In this document: positions 39,857-48,003 of the stretch, piece after piece
How positions within the stretch are numbered: the stretch's first letter is position 1
How the letters are laid out: each line of letters opens with the position of its first letter
Assembly: GCA_046484125.1 (NCBI GenBank)
Contig: JAWOBX010000047.1
Span: forward strand, 1-63,288
From: Dehalococcoidia bacterium
GTDB lineage: Bacteria; Chloroflexota; Dehalococcoidia; SZUA-161; SpSt-899
DNA length: 63,288 nucleotides
Reading direction: 5' to 3'
The notes under the pieces: generated by a model
Databases searched by the model: none
Seen by the model: the letters and a program-made list of their open reading frames with translations, nothing else
What the model was told of the DNA's origin: nothing
Made by a program: the position numbers and the translations under genes

Positions 39857-40324
39857 TTACCGGGATTGAGGCTCGACCGGCAAGGGGGTTCTTACTACGA
39901 GGGTGGCAGTTTCAAACGTGCTCACAGGAACCCCCTCCTGATTACTTACCACCACCGAATGCAGCAGGATACCGCGATCCAGGCTGGTTTTTGAAGGACG
40001 CTTTTCGATGCATTCCATAGTAAGAGATAGCCGGTCTCCCGGGCGTACGGGATTCGGCAACCTCATCCGGTCCCAGCCGAGTCCGCTGATGACGGCAATG
40101 CCTTTTCCGGCACGGTTAAGTAACCAGAAGCTGATGGCTGTAATGTGGGACGCGGAAGCTATCAATCCGCCAAAGGGGCTTGATTTGGCCTTTTCCTCAT
40201 CAATATGAAATGGCTGTGGATCCCATTTTCGCGCGTACTCAATGATCTCCTCTTTGGTAACAAGGTATTCCGGAGAGACCTTTTGCTCGTGGAGTTCGAT
40301 ATCTTCAAAATAAAGCTGTTGCAC
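39857..40324 (-). CDS. MaoC-like (R)-hydratase/hotdog-fold protein
   Basis: YARKWDPQPFHIDEE..A.SPFGGLIASASH matches the MaoC dehydratase motif. Confidence 0.8.
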   Translation of the reverse strand: MQQLYFEDIELHEQKVSPEYLVTKEEIIEYARKWDPQPFHIDEEKAKSSPFGGLIASASHITAISFWLLNRAGKGIAVISGLGWDRMRLPNPVRPGDRLSLTMECIEKRPSKTSLDRGILLHSVVVSNQEGVPVSTFETATLVVRTPLPVEPQSR

Positions 40325-40329
40325 TTTCT

Positions 40330-40521
40330 CTATTCCTCTGAACAGATTTGCCGGGACTTATGCTCGCTTTCAGGCCTGTTGCTGCGGCACAGGGCGCATT
40401 TGTCGTCACCGCAAAACATGCACTCAGCACAGTCTTCACAGTGGTGCTTCCTGGGCGCCCCCTCCTTTGATTCGGGAACATACAGTTTCCCAGGTACTAT
40501 GGTGGTTTTAGTGAATTTCAT
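40330..40521 (-). CDS. Small Cys-rich protein (CxxCxxCxxCx4CxxC)
   Basis: HHCEDCAECMFCGDDKCALC; its stop lies 5 nt upstream of the MaoC start. Confidence 0.45.
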   Translation of the reverse strand: MKFTKTTIVPGKLYVPESKEGAPRKHHCEDCAECMFCGDDKCALCRSNRPESEHKSRQICSEE

Positions 40522-40692
40522 TCTACATTACATTATACAAAATTGTTTACCAATTGATGCTGTGATCTGGATCACTTTTTAAGCAAAAGCCAGTCTTTTC
40601 GCCGGAGGGATCAATTGTTTCAGCTGGGAGGGGGCAGAACCTGCGTAAGGGTTTTCAGGGCAAATTGAACTTTAGCGATTACAGGGAATATA

Positions 40693-41355
40693 ATGTGTAA
40701 TATCATGAAGAACCCCGAGCAGGCGTCAGTGGAGGCCATGCTTTTAAAAAGGGATTACCAGCGACTGGTTGAACTGTGCCAGGCTCGGAAATTCGCCTGG
40801 AAAGCGCTGCACTCAAAAATATATGAAGGGGATGAAAAGTTGTCATGGCCTGCGGTAGAGGCTATAGCAATGGTGATGCGGCAATGGTGGGAGCAGGGAG
40901 GGGAGGCTAAGGTCAGGGAGTATATCAGGAGACTGTTCTGGGCGCTTAATGATGAGTCGGGAGGGATAGGCTGGAACGCGCCCCAGACAATTGCGGAAAC
41001 CATCGTACTGATTCCCGAACTGCTCGATCCCTACGGCAGCATGATGATAGACAGGACCATTGACGAGAAGTTGCTGGTTCAGGGCGGGTTGTGGGGGATG
41101 GGCCGCCTGGGAAATAGAATTATAAACTCGGTGGATTTCTTCCAGGAGAGAATTCTGAGTGTTTTCAAGGGAAATGATCCGCAGAAGCTCGGGCTAGCCG
41201 CCTGGGCGATGGGGGAAGTGGGGTTTGAGAAGGCGTTGATCCACCTGACATCGCTCCGGGGGCGAACTGAGCCTGCCAGAATATATATTGAAGGGGAGTT
41301 CTACTCAAAACCGGTTGGTCAATGGGCGCAGGAGGCTGCGTACAGAATTCAATAA
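40693..41355 (+). CDS. Hypothetical helical-repeat (HEAT-like) protein
   Basis: The ORF fills the gap and looks like an alpha-helical repeat. It is possibly DVU0298-like, but I cannot verify that. Confidence 0.4.
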   Translation: MCNIMKNPEQASVEAMLLKRDYQRLVELCQARKFAWKALHSKIYEGDEKLSWPAVEAIAMVMRQWWEQGGEAKVREYIRRLFWALNDESGGIGWNAPQTIAETIVLIPELLDPYGSMMIDRTIDEKLLVQGGLWGMGRLGNRIINSVDFFQERILSVFKGNDPQKLGLAAWAMGEVGFEKALIHLTSLRGRTEPARIYIEGEFYSKPVGQWAQEAAYRIQ

Positions 41356-41657
41356 TCGGGTTGCTCGACTAAAAAGGCTCATAGCAGCAGTTCTCAGGCG
41401 AAAATAAACATTTCATACTTATTGAATTCATTGATTATTCCGGCCACCCGTTTGCGTTTTCGCTGCGTAGCGTGAAATATCCACCCTTACGGTCTTCCAT
41501 ATCGTTTTGCCTGAACCGCTTGTGTAACCGTTTCATTCATTTTCATAGTTCTCTAACGAATTATGGAATTACCCTTTTCCTTGACGCGGCTGATTAGATA
41601 TGATATGTTGATAAAGTCGATAAACAATAACAACAAATATTATTCGGATAAAAAACT

Positions 41658-42095
41658 ATGAAGATTTCCACCAAAGCAAGATATGGCGTCAGGACATTGA
41701 TAGATGTGGCATTACATCAGGGGGAAAGGCCTGTCCCGCTTAAAGACATAGCAGGCAGGCAGCAGATCACGCTCCCATATCTGGAGCAGATAGTTCCTTC
41801 GATGGTAAAGGCCGGCTTCTTGAGAAGCATACGTGGGCCATCAGGCGGAGTAAGGCTGGCGAAATCTTCAGAGAATATCAGAATCAGCGAGGTAATAGAG
41901 GCCATGGATGGCTCAATGGCGCCGGTTGACTGTGTCGATGATCCGGAGATCTGCGAAAGGTCTGACCAGTGCGTTACATGCGATGTATGGACCAAAATAA
42001 AAGAGGCTGTTGACGGGGTTCTGGAGTCGGTGACACTGCGGAGTCTGGTCGAGCAGCAAAGGGATAAGCTGAGAGAAAAGAAGGATGCCCGATGA
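41658..42095 (+). CDS. Rrf2 family (IscR-like) transcriptional regulator with Cys cluster
   Basis: MKISTKARYGVRTLIDVAL... wHTH, with C-x6-C-x5-C-x2-C (CVDDPEICERSDQCVTC). Confidence 0.9.
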   Translation: MKISTKARYGVRTLIDVALHQGERPVPLKDIAGRQQITLPYLEQIVPSMVKAGFLRSIRGPSGGVRLAKSSENIRISEVIEAMDGSMAPVDCVDDPEICERSDQCVTCDVWTKIKEAVDGVLESVTLRSLVEQQRDKLREKKDAR

Positions 42096-42132
42096 CCATG
42101 ATAATAGAGACGGAGCGAAACGGAGGAGAAAA

Positions 42133-43272
42133 ATGAAGTTCGTTGAAGATCTCGGCCGAAGGATGAAGGATAGAGCAGGCGAGTTGCGAGAACTGAGTTC
42201 GGGAGGTACGAAGGTAGTCGGGTACTTTCCAGGCGGTTATTTCCCTGTCGAACTGGCGTATGCCGCCGGAGCTGTGCCGGTCGCGTTGAACCGAGGGGGT
42301 GACCATGAAGCGGTAGAAATCACAGGCTCTTACATGTCCCGATGGATATACACATTCGGGCGCGCCAATTTCGGTTACAAACTTCTGGGAAGCGAACCGG
42401 TTTATGAGAATATCGATATCTATTTTATTCCAATAACCGATAATCACGTACGCATGGTGGCTGACACATGGGATGTCTTCACCGATGTTGAAGTGTTTCG
42501 CTTCGGTGTCCCCCACACCAGACACGAGTGGTCCGTCGATTATTTCCGAAACGGTATGGAAATGCTTAAAGCCCGGCTGGAAGAACTGACGGGCAACCAG
42601 GTTGATGATAAGAAGCTGAATGAAGCGATAGAATACTCCAACAGGGAGAGATGGCTGTTTGAGGAACTTCGTGATATGAGGAAAGCCGAGCCTCCGGTTA
42701 TATCCGCCCGCGATTTCGTAGCGCTCAACCACGCATCGCTCATGCTCGACAGGAGTGAGATGGTGGAGCGATTACAGAAAATAGTGAATGAATTGAAAGA
42801 AGGTGGTCGGCCTGAACCGGCGAGACCACGCCTGATGCTAATGGGGACAACGCTGGCATATGGTGACTACAGGATACTGGATATGATTGACACGGCCGGT
42901 GGTGATGTGGTGGTAGAGGAGTTCGGCGAAGGTGTGCGGCCTTACCAGCAGCCGGTAGCCATTAATGGAAATCCGATGAAGGCACTGGCGGAGACATATT
43001 TCTCGACAAGGGTTCCACCGGCGTGGTTCAGGCCCAATGTTGAAAGGCAGGAGCTGGCCGTAAAACTGGCCAGAGAATACGCCGTCGATGGCGTAATCTG
43101 GTATCAGATGATGAACAGGGAATCTGACGAATTTGAATCTTACTGGTATCCGGAGGTCTTTCGAGAAGGGGCGGGGGTCCCCATGCTGAAGCTGGTCTCG
43201 GATTATGATTCAGTTGAGAGGGGATCTTTCCAGACCCGGCTCGAAACTTTTATGCAGATGGTAAGGAGGTAA
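42133..43272 (+). CDS. 2-hydroxyacyl-CoA dehydratase / benzoyl-CoA reductase BcrC-BadD-HgdB family subunit, cysteine-free
   Basis: Family-typical layout (VVGYFPGGYFPVELAYAAGAVPV ... DGVIWYQMMNRESDEF). The translation contains zero Cys. ATG 42133 follows GGAGGAG. Confidence 0.7.
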   Translation: MKFVEDLGRRMKDRAGELRELSSGGTKVVGYFPGGYFPVELAYAAGAVPVALNRGGDHEAVEITGSYMSRWIYTFGRANFGYKLLGSEPVYENIDIYFIPITDNHVRMVADTWDVFTDVEVFRFGVPHTRHEWSVDYFRNGMEMLKARLEELTGNQVDDKKLNEAIEYSNRERWLFEELRDMRKAEPPVISARDFVALNHASLMLDRSEMVERLQKIVNELKEGGRPEPARPRLMLMGTTLAYGDYRILDMIDTAGGDVVVEEFGEGVRPYQQPVAINGNPMKALAETYFSTRVPPAWFRPNVERQELAVKLAREYAVDGVIWYQMMNRESDEFESYWYPEVFREGAGVPMLKLVSDYDSVERGSFQTRLETFMQMVRR

Positions 43273-43274
43273 TT

Positions 43275-44678
43275 ATGTACTACAGGGAGCTTTTCAGGCT
43301 TTGCAACTACTCTAACGAGGAAATAGAAAGAGAAGCACCGCGTATCGAAAAAGTATTCGAAAGGGCGGGTATAACTGAGGCGGACGTCGACCGTGCCATT
43401 GAAAGATTGAACAGGCATTTCTGGATGGAATCGGAAGGTGTGAGGAAGATATGGGGTATATGGATGAAGCAGTTCATCGACCTGGCGCTGTGCCGCGAAG
43501 AACATGAAAAGGTGGTGTTCTATACATATCCCCTGGAGCCGAGAATGGGGACATCGATAAATCTGGCCGGGGATTACTATGCCGCGACTCCCGAGTTCGT
43601 AAACATGTTCATACTGGGGCTCATGTTCGGACTCTCCGATTCCTATTTCGATCTCGCCGAGGCAAACGGGATGACGCCGGGAACCGGCATGTGCGGTGCC
43701 AACAAGATGAGGCTGGGAGGTTTCCTAAAGGAGCTGAATCCCATGCCGGATGTCTTCCTCGTCTCCAGCTTCTTCTGCGACAATGAGGCGAAAACGGATG
43801 AGCTGATCAGCTATCACTTCAAGGGTGTGCCTCGTATAATTGTCGACAACGTTCTGGATTCCAACTGGGATGTGTATCCGAACAACTATCCCTATATTGA
43901 GGATCATAAGGTCAAATACTTTGCCGCGGAGTTGCAGAATGTTATTACTCAGCTGCGGGAGAATTTTGGCATCGATGTAAAGCAGGATCACCTGAACCAG
44001 GCACGCATGGAGATCGGTAAACTCTACCTCGGTTTCCAGAGGGTCCTCGAATGTCAGAAAGCGGACCCCATGCCGATAGGAAACAACAATCTGCTGTTAT
44101 TTTACATGATGATCACTAATCCGGAGCGTAGAACCATGGAAGAAGGCCTTGATGCCATAAATCTGCTGGCCCGCGACGCTGAGGCAAGGGTGGAAAAAGG
44201 GGAGGGGGTGACACCGAAAGGGGCGCCGAGAATCGCCTGGACCATGCCGTGGTTCACCGATCCGTCTATCAATACCATGGTGGAGGAAACCGGCATTGCG
44301 CCAGTGGTGGCGCCATTCTTCTGGGTGCATCCATCGGATATGACCAAAACCGATTACAAGGGATTTGAAAAGACGGCCGTGGCCTTCATGCGAATGGGTA
44401 TTATGCATAGCACTTCAGGCTTGATCTTTCGCCTTACGGAGTGTGTCAGGCATTTTAACCTCGACGGCATGATCTGGAACGGGATGTATTCCTGCCGGCC
44501 GACCGGTGGCCCGGCTCCAATAGTCAAGAAACTGGTGGAGAAGGAGACCGGAGTGCCTGTATTGATAATTGAGACAGACCAGATGGATAGCAGAGATACA
44601 ACCACGGAGATGCTGCGCACAAAAATCGAGACCTTCGCCGAAACCCTGCGTATCAGGAAACAGGCACCGGTTGTGTAG
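43275..44678 (+). CDS. 2-hydroxyacyl-CoA dehydratase family subunit with cluster-ligand cysteines
   Basis: GMCGANK, SSFFCDNE and MYSCRPTG lie at the three canonical ligand positions. Confidence 0.7.
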   Translation: MYYRELFRLCNYSNEEIEREAPRIEKVFERAGITEADVDRAIERLNRHFWMESEGVRKIWGIWMKQFIDLALCREEHEKVVFYTYPLEPRMGTSINLAGDYYAATPEFVNMFILGLMFGLSDSYFDLAEANGMTPGTGMCGANKMRLGGFLKELNPMPDVFLVSSFFCDNEAKTDELISYHFKGVPRIIVDNVLDSNWDVYPNNYPYIEDHKVKYFAAELQNVITQLRENFGIDVKQDHLNQARMEIGKLYLGFQRVLECQKADPMPIGNNNLLLFYMMITNPERRTMEEGLDAINLLARDAEARVEKGEGVTPKGAPRIAWTMPWFTDPSINTMVEETGIAPVVAPFFWVHPSDMTKTDYKGFEKTAVAFMRMGIMHSTSGLIFRLTECVRHFNLDGMIWNGMYSCRPTGGPAPIVKKLVEKETGVPVLIIETDQMDSRDTTTEMLRTKIETFAETLRIRKQAPVV

Positions 44679-44766
44679 GCAGTCATAACAGGGTGGAAGG
44701 GCCGTAAGCGGTCGCACAGGGGCTTGATCAGGGCTTCCGCAGCGAGAAAGTCGGAAAGGAGTTCAA

Positions 44767-44973
44767 ATGGAGACAACACTTAAGGTAAAGGGAATGTCAT
44801 GCGAGCACTGCGTTCAGCGGGTAACGAAGGCGCTTCAGGGCGTCTCCGGCATACACAATGTCAAGGTCGACCTGGGTAATGCCATTGTAAGCTTCGATAA
44901 GCCGGAGGATGTGCCGCTGGGAAATGCCATCAAGGCGATCAGTGAAGAGGGATATGAGGTGCAGGATAGCTAA
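44767..44973 (+). CDS. copZ: HMA-domain metallochaperone (CopZ-like)
   Basis: LKVKGMSCEHCVQRV...AISEEGYEV. Confidence 0.9.
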   Translation: METTLKVKGMSCEHCVQRVTKALQGVSGIHNVKVDLGNAIVSFDKPEDVPLGNAIKAISEEGYEVQDS

Positions 44974-45029
44974 TCGCCGACACCGGCAAATTCCCGGTTC
45001 GCTTTATCACAAACGGGTGGGGGTGCAAA

Positions 45030-46232
45030 ATGGGTAAGACAATCGCCGGGATAAATGAAAAAATTCGGAAAGGGGAGGCGGTGGTGGTGACTGCCGAGGA
45101 AGTCATAGGTGCTGTTGAAGAAAAAGGGATCGAAAAGGCTGCCAGGGAGATAGACGTGGTAACCACGGGAACATTCGGTCCGATGTGCTCTTCGGGTGCC
45201 TATTTCAATCTGGGTCACTCAGTGCCACGCATCAAAATCGGCGGTGGCCGGGCGACTTTCAACGATGTCCCGCTCTATACCGGCCTTGCGGCGGTGGACG
45301 TCTTCCTGGGAGCGACTGCTGTACCTGATGATGATCCCCGGAACAAGGTATATCCCGGCTCATTCGAGTACGGTGGCGGGCACGTGATTGAGGAACTGAT
45401 GGCCGGCAAGGAGGTAAGGTTTGCAGCCTCGGCTTATGGAACCGATTGCTATCCCGGAAAATACATCGAAACCATGATCAGTCTGGAAGAGTTAAATGAG
45501 GCCGTTCTGTTCAATATGCGAAACGCCTATCAGAACTACAATGTGGCGGTGAATCTATCCGACAGAAGACTGCACACATATATGGGCGTTCTTAAGAGTA
45601 ATCTGGGCAACGCGAATTATTGCAGCGCCGGCCAGCTTTCGCCGCTGTTAAACGATCCGCTATATAAGACTACAGGAATCGGTACGAGGGTGTTCCTGGG
45701 AGGGGGGACGGGATATGTTGCCTGGCACGGAACCCAGCACAATCCCGGTGTCCCAAGAGGTGAGAATGGCGTGCCTCGAAGACCTTCCGGGACCCTTGCC
45801 CTGATCGGTGACCTCAAACAGATGAATTCCTCCTGGCTGAGGGGGATAAGCATGCTTGGTTACGGTACCTCTATGGCTGTGGGTGTCGGGGTGCCGATCC
45901 CTGTGTTGTCTGAGGAGATATTGCGTTATACCACGGTGCGGGATGAGGAAATATTCGCTCCCATCGTGGATTACTCGGAGGGTTACCCGCAGCGGAAGCC
46001 TGATGTCCTCGGCGAGGTGAGTTATGCCCGTCTCAGAAGCGGCATCATTGAGGTTGAGGGAAAGGAGGTCCCTACGGGATCCCTTTCAAGTTATCCCAAA
46101 GCAAGGGAAATAGCCCTTACTCTGAAGGAGTGGATCCGGAGAGGGGAATTCCTGCTCACCGAACCGGTTGCGCCGTTACCCGGGGTGGAGTCAGGAATTC
46201 AGTTCAAGCCGCTTAATGAGAGAATGGATTAG
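45030..46232 (+). CDS. COG1900/DUF39 homocysteine biosynthesis protein (MA1821-like)
   Basis: About 400 aa with a family-typical N-terminus (INEKIRKGEAVVVTAEE). Followed by its usual NIL-ferredoxin partner. Confidence 0.7.
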   Translation: MGKTIAGINEKIRKGEAVVVTAEEVIGAVEEKGIEKAAREIDVVTTGTFGPMCSSGAYFNLGHSVPRIKIGGGRATFNDVPLYTGLAAVDVFLGATAVPDDDPRNKVYPGSFEYGGGHVIEELMAGKEVRFAASAYGTDCYPGKYIETMISLEELNEAVLFNMRNAYQNYNVAVNLSDRRLHTYMGVLKSNLGNANYCSAGQLSPLLNDPLYKTTGIGTRVFLGGGTGYVAWHGTQHNPGVPRGENGVPRRPSGTLALIGDLKQMNSSWLRGISMLGYGTSMAVGVGVPIPVLSEEILRYTTVRDEEIFAPIVDYSEGYPQRKPDVLGEVSYARLRSGIIEVEGKEVPTGSLSSYPKAREIALTLKEWIRRGEFLLTEPVAPLPGVESGIQFKPLNERMD

Positions 46233-46275
46233 CGGTTACTTTAGCGTTCATAACAGGAATGCGGAGGGCGTGGAT

Positions 46276-46686
46276 ATGAATGTTACAAAAAGAGTTGTTT
46301 TGCATTTCCCGGAGAAGCTGGTCGATCAACACATTATGTGCCGGCTTGCAAAGGAATTTGGTATAGATTTTAACATATTGAAGGCTTCGGTAACTCCCAG
46401 GGAGGAAGGTCTGCTGGTCATCGAACTGAGTGGTACGGAGGATGGTTACCAGAAGGCCAGCGATTATTTGATACAAACCGGGGTGGCGGTACAGCCGTTG
46501 AGCCAGGATATAGTACGTGATGAAAACAGCTGTACTCATTGTGGTGCCTGCCCGGTACTCTGTCCGACTGGAGCTCTGACAGTTACTCGTGACTCAATGA
46601 AGGTCGTGTTTGATGACAGCAGGTGCATAGCCTGCGGGGTATGTATAAATGCCTGCCCGGTTCGGGCGATGAAAATCAGATTCTAA
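46276..46686 (+). CDS. NIL domain + 2x[4Fe-4S] ferredoxin protein (MA1822-like)
   Basis: NILKASV in the NIL domain, with CTHCGACPVLCP and CIACGVCINACP. ATG 46276 is used. Confidence 0.8.
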   Translation: MNVTKRVVLHFPEKLVDQHIMCRLAKEFGIDFNILKASVTPREEGLLVIELSGTEDGYQKASDYLIQTGVAVQPLSQDIVRDENSCTHCGACPVLCPTGALTVTRDSMKVVFDDSRCIACGVCINACPVRAMKIRF

Positions 46687-46928
46687 TGACTGGTTAGGGA
46701 ATGAAGATACCAGGAAGTAATATGGTCCGGAGTGAGAGTGAAGACGGTGTTTTGTATGGAAATAGAGAGTGGATTTCAGAATATGGACCGGTGAAGCCGT
46801 CCAGCGCCCGTGCGGCGCAGAAGTTAATGGAAGAGGGGTTTGTCAATCCTGTTACAATTGAGGGGGGCTGTATGCCGAGGAAGAAGTCGGTAACCCTCTG
46901 GAAAGACAGGCTTATGAGGGGGAAGATA

Positions 46929-47720
46929 ATGGATGATATCACCATCTCTCGAGCGATTACAGAGACATTTATAAAGGACTTCATCGATTCAATGGAAGTG
47001 GAGGTAGCGATCGCAGGAGCCGGTCCGTCGGGGATGACCGCTGCCTACTATCTGGCGAGGGAGGGGATAAAAACAGCGGTTTTCGAGAGGAGCCTCCGGC
47101 CAGGTGGGGGGATGCCAGGTGGGGGCATGATGTTTAACCGGATCGTCGTACAGGATGATGGTAAGAATATACTTGATGAGTTTGGGATCAGATCGAGCGA
47201 GTACGCCCGAGGCTGTTTCACAGCCGATTCCCTGGAGACAGTGGCGACGATTTGCTCCAGGGCAATCCAGGCTGGAGCGAAAATATTCAATCTCATAAGT
47301 GTTGAGGATGTGCTGATTAAAGAAGATGAAAGCATCACCGGACTGGTTCTCAACTGGAGCGCGGTGCAGATGGCAAATCTGCACGTGGATCCTCTCGCGG
47401 TGAAGGCGGGAGTGGTCATTGACGCCACCGGGCATTCCAGTGAGATATGCCGGATTGTGACCAGGAAGATCGGGCCTGGATTAAATACCGCCTCTGGCGA
47501 GGTAATTGGGGAGAAACCTATGCTGGCTGAAGCGGGGGAAAAAGACCTTATCAACAACACCCGGCAAGTATATCCCGGATTACTGGTTACCGGCATGGCG
47601 GCCAACGCTGTGTACGGTTCCCCCAGAATGGGAGCTGTTTTTGGGGGAATGCTCCTTTCGGGGAAAAAGGCCGCTGAGCTTGCTCAACAAATAATTAGGG
47701 AACCTCTGAACAAGTGGTGA
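46929..47720 (+). CDS. thi4: Thiamine thiazole synthase Thi4 (archaeal/eukaryotic type)
   Basis: [18 protein letters not shown] dinucleotide fold, [11 protein letters not shown] and [12 protein letters not shown] 46929 is preceded by AGGGGGAAG; the track start at 46701 is an extension. Confidence 0.85.
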   Translation: MDDITISRAITETFIKDFIDSMEVEVAIAGAGPSGMTAAYYLAREGIKTAVFERSLRPGGGMPGGGMMFNRIVVQDDGKNILDEFGIRSSEYARGCFTADSLETVATICSRAIQAGAKIFNLISVEDVLIKEDESITGLVLNWSAVQMANLHVDPLAVKAGVVIDATGHSSEICRIVTRKIGPGLNTASGEVIGEKPMLAEAGEKDLINNTRQVYPGLLVTGMAANAVYGSPRMGAVFGGMLLSGKKAAELAQQIIREPLNKW

Positions 47721-47795
47721 CTTTGGGGGTCTGGGGTTACCCCCAGCTTTATAAGTCCCCCATAATTGGGGGACTTAATGGGGTTGATCAGAGGT
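47716..47795 (-). repeat. Family-1 repeat, copy D (reverse orientation)
   Basis: The reverse complement reads AACCTCTGATCAACCCCattaagtCCCCCAATTATGGGGGacttataaagCTGGGGgtaaCCCCAGACCCCCAAAGTCACC. It overlaps the thi4 stop codon. Confidence 0.8.
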
Positions 47796-47820
47796 TCCTT
47801 AACAGGGGATAAAGAATTTA

Positions 47821-48003
47821 TTGGACGTTACTATGCCACTGGGTACACTAACGGGAAAATTGCTACAATTCTGGTCATGGCTGTCGAATGATAAGTCCTG
47901 CCAGGAATGTACATCACGCAATGATCAATGTGATGGGTGTCATATTGGTTATGGGCCACACAAGTATATAGTTAAAATTGTTACAAAGGAGCAGCGAAAA
48001 TGA
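47821..48003 (+). CDS. Possible small CxxC...CxxC protein translationally coupled to the IscS-like gene
   Basis: CQEC..CDGC, and its stop overlaps the ATG of the next gene (ATGA). The start codon and RBS are weak, so it could be spurious. Confidence 0.3.
   Translation: MDVTMPLGTLTGKLLQFWSWLSNDKSCQECTSRNDQCDGCHIGYGPHKYIVKIVTKEQRK

Noticed and set aside
41974-42732. 252-aa minus-strand ORF; similar cases at 51307..52095, 30207..30956, 55678..56247, 6026..6550, 47048..47605, 17179..17886 and 9158..9787
   Set aside because: All lie antisense inside genes with strong family signatures (HgdB-like, NadA, NifB-like, ABC-F, CooC, Thi4, Rbr/EncFtn-like, SecA), and their composition is implausible.
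46701-46928. N-terminal 76-aa extension of the Thi4 ORF, and a possible TPP riboswitch in the same segment
   Set aside because: Thi4 homology starts at [10 protein letters not shown], which has a strong RBS at 46929. The segment lacks the conserved CUGAGA and GAACCUGAUC..GCG.AGGGA cores of the THI element as far as I can see by eye. It is kept only as a low-level note.
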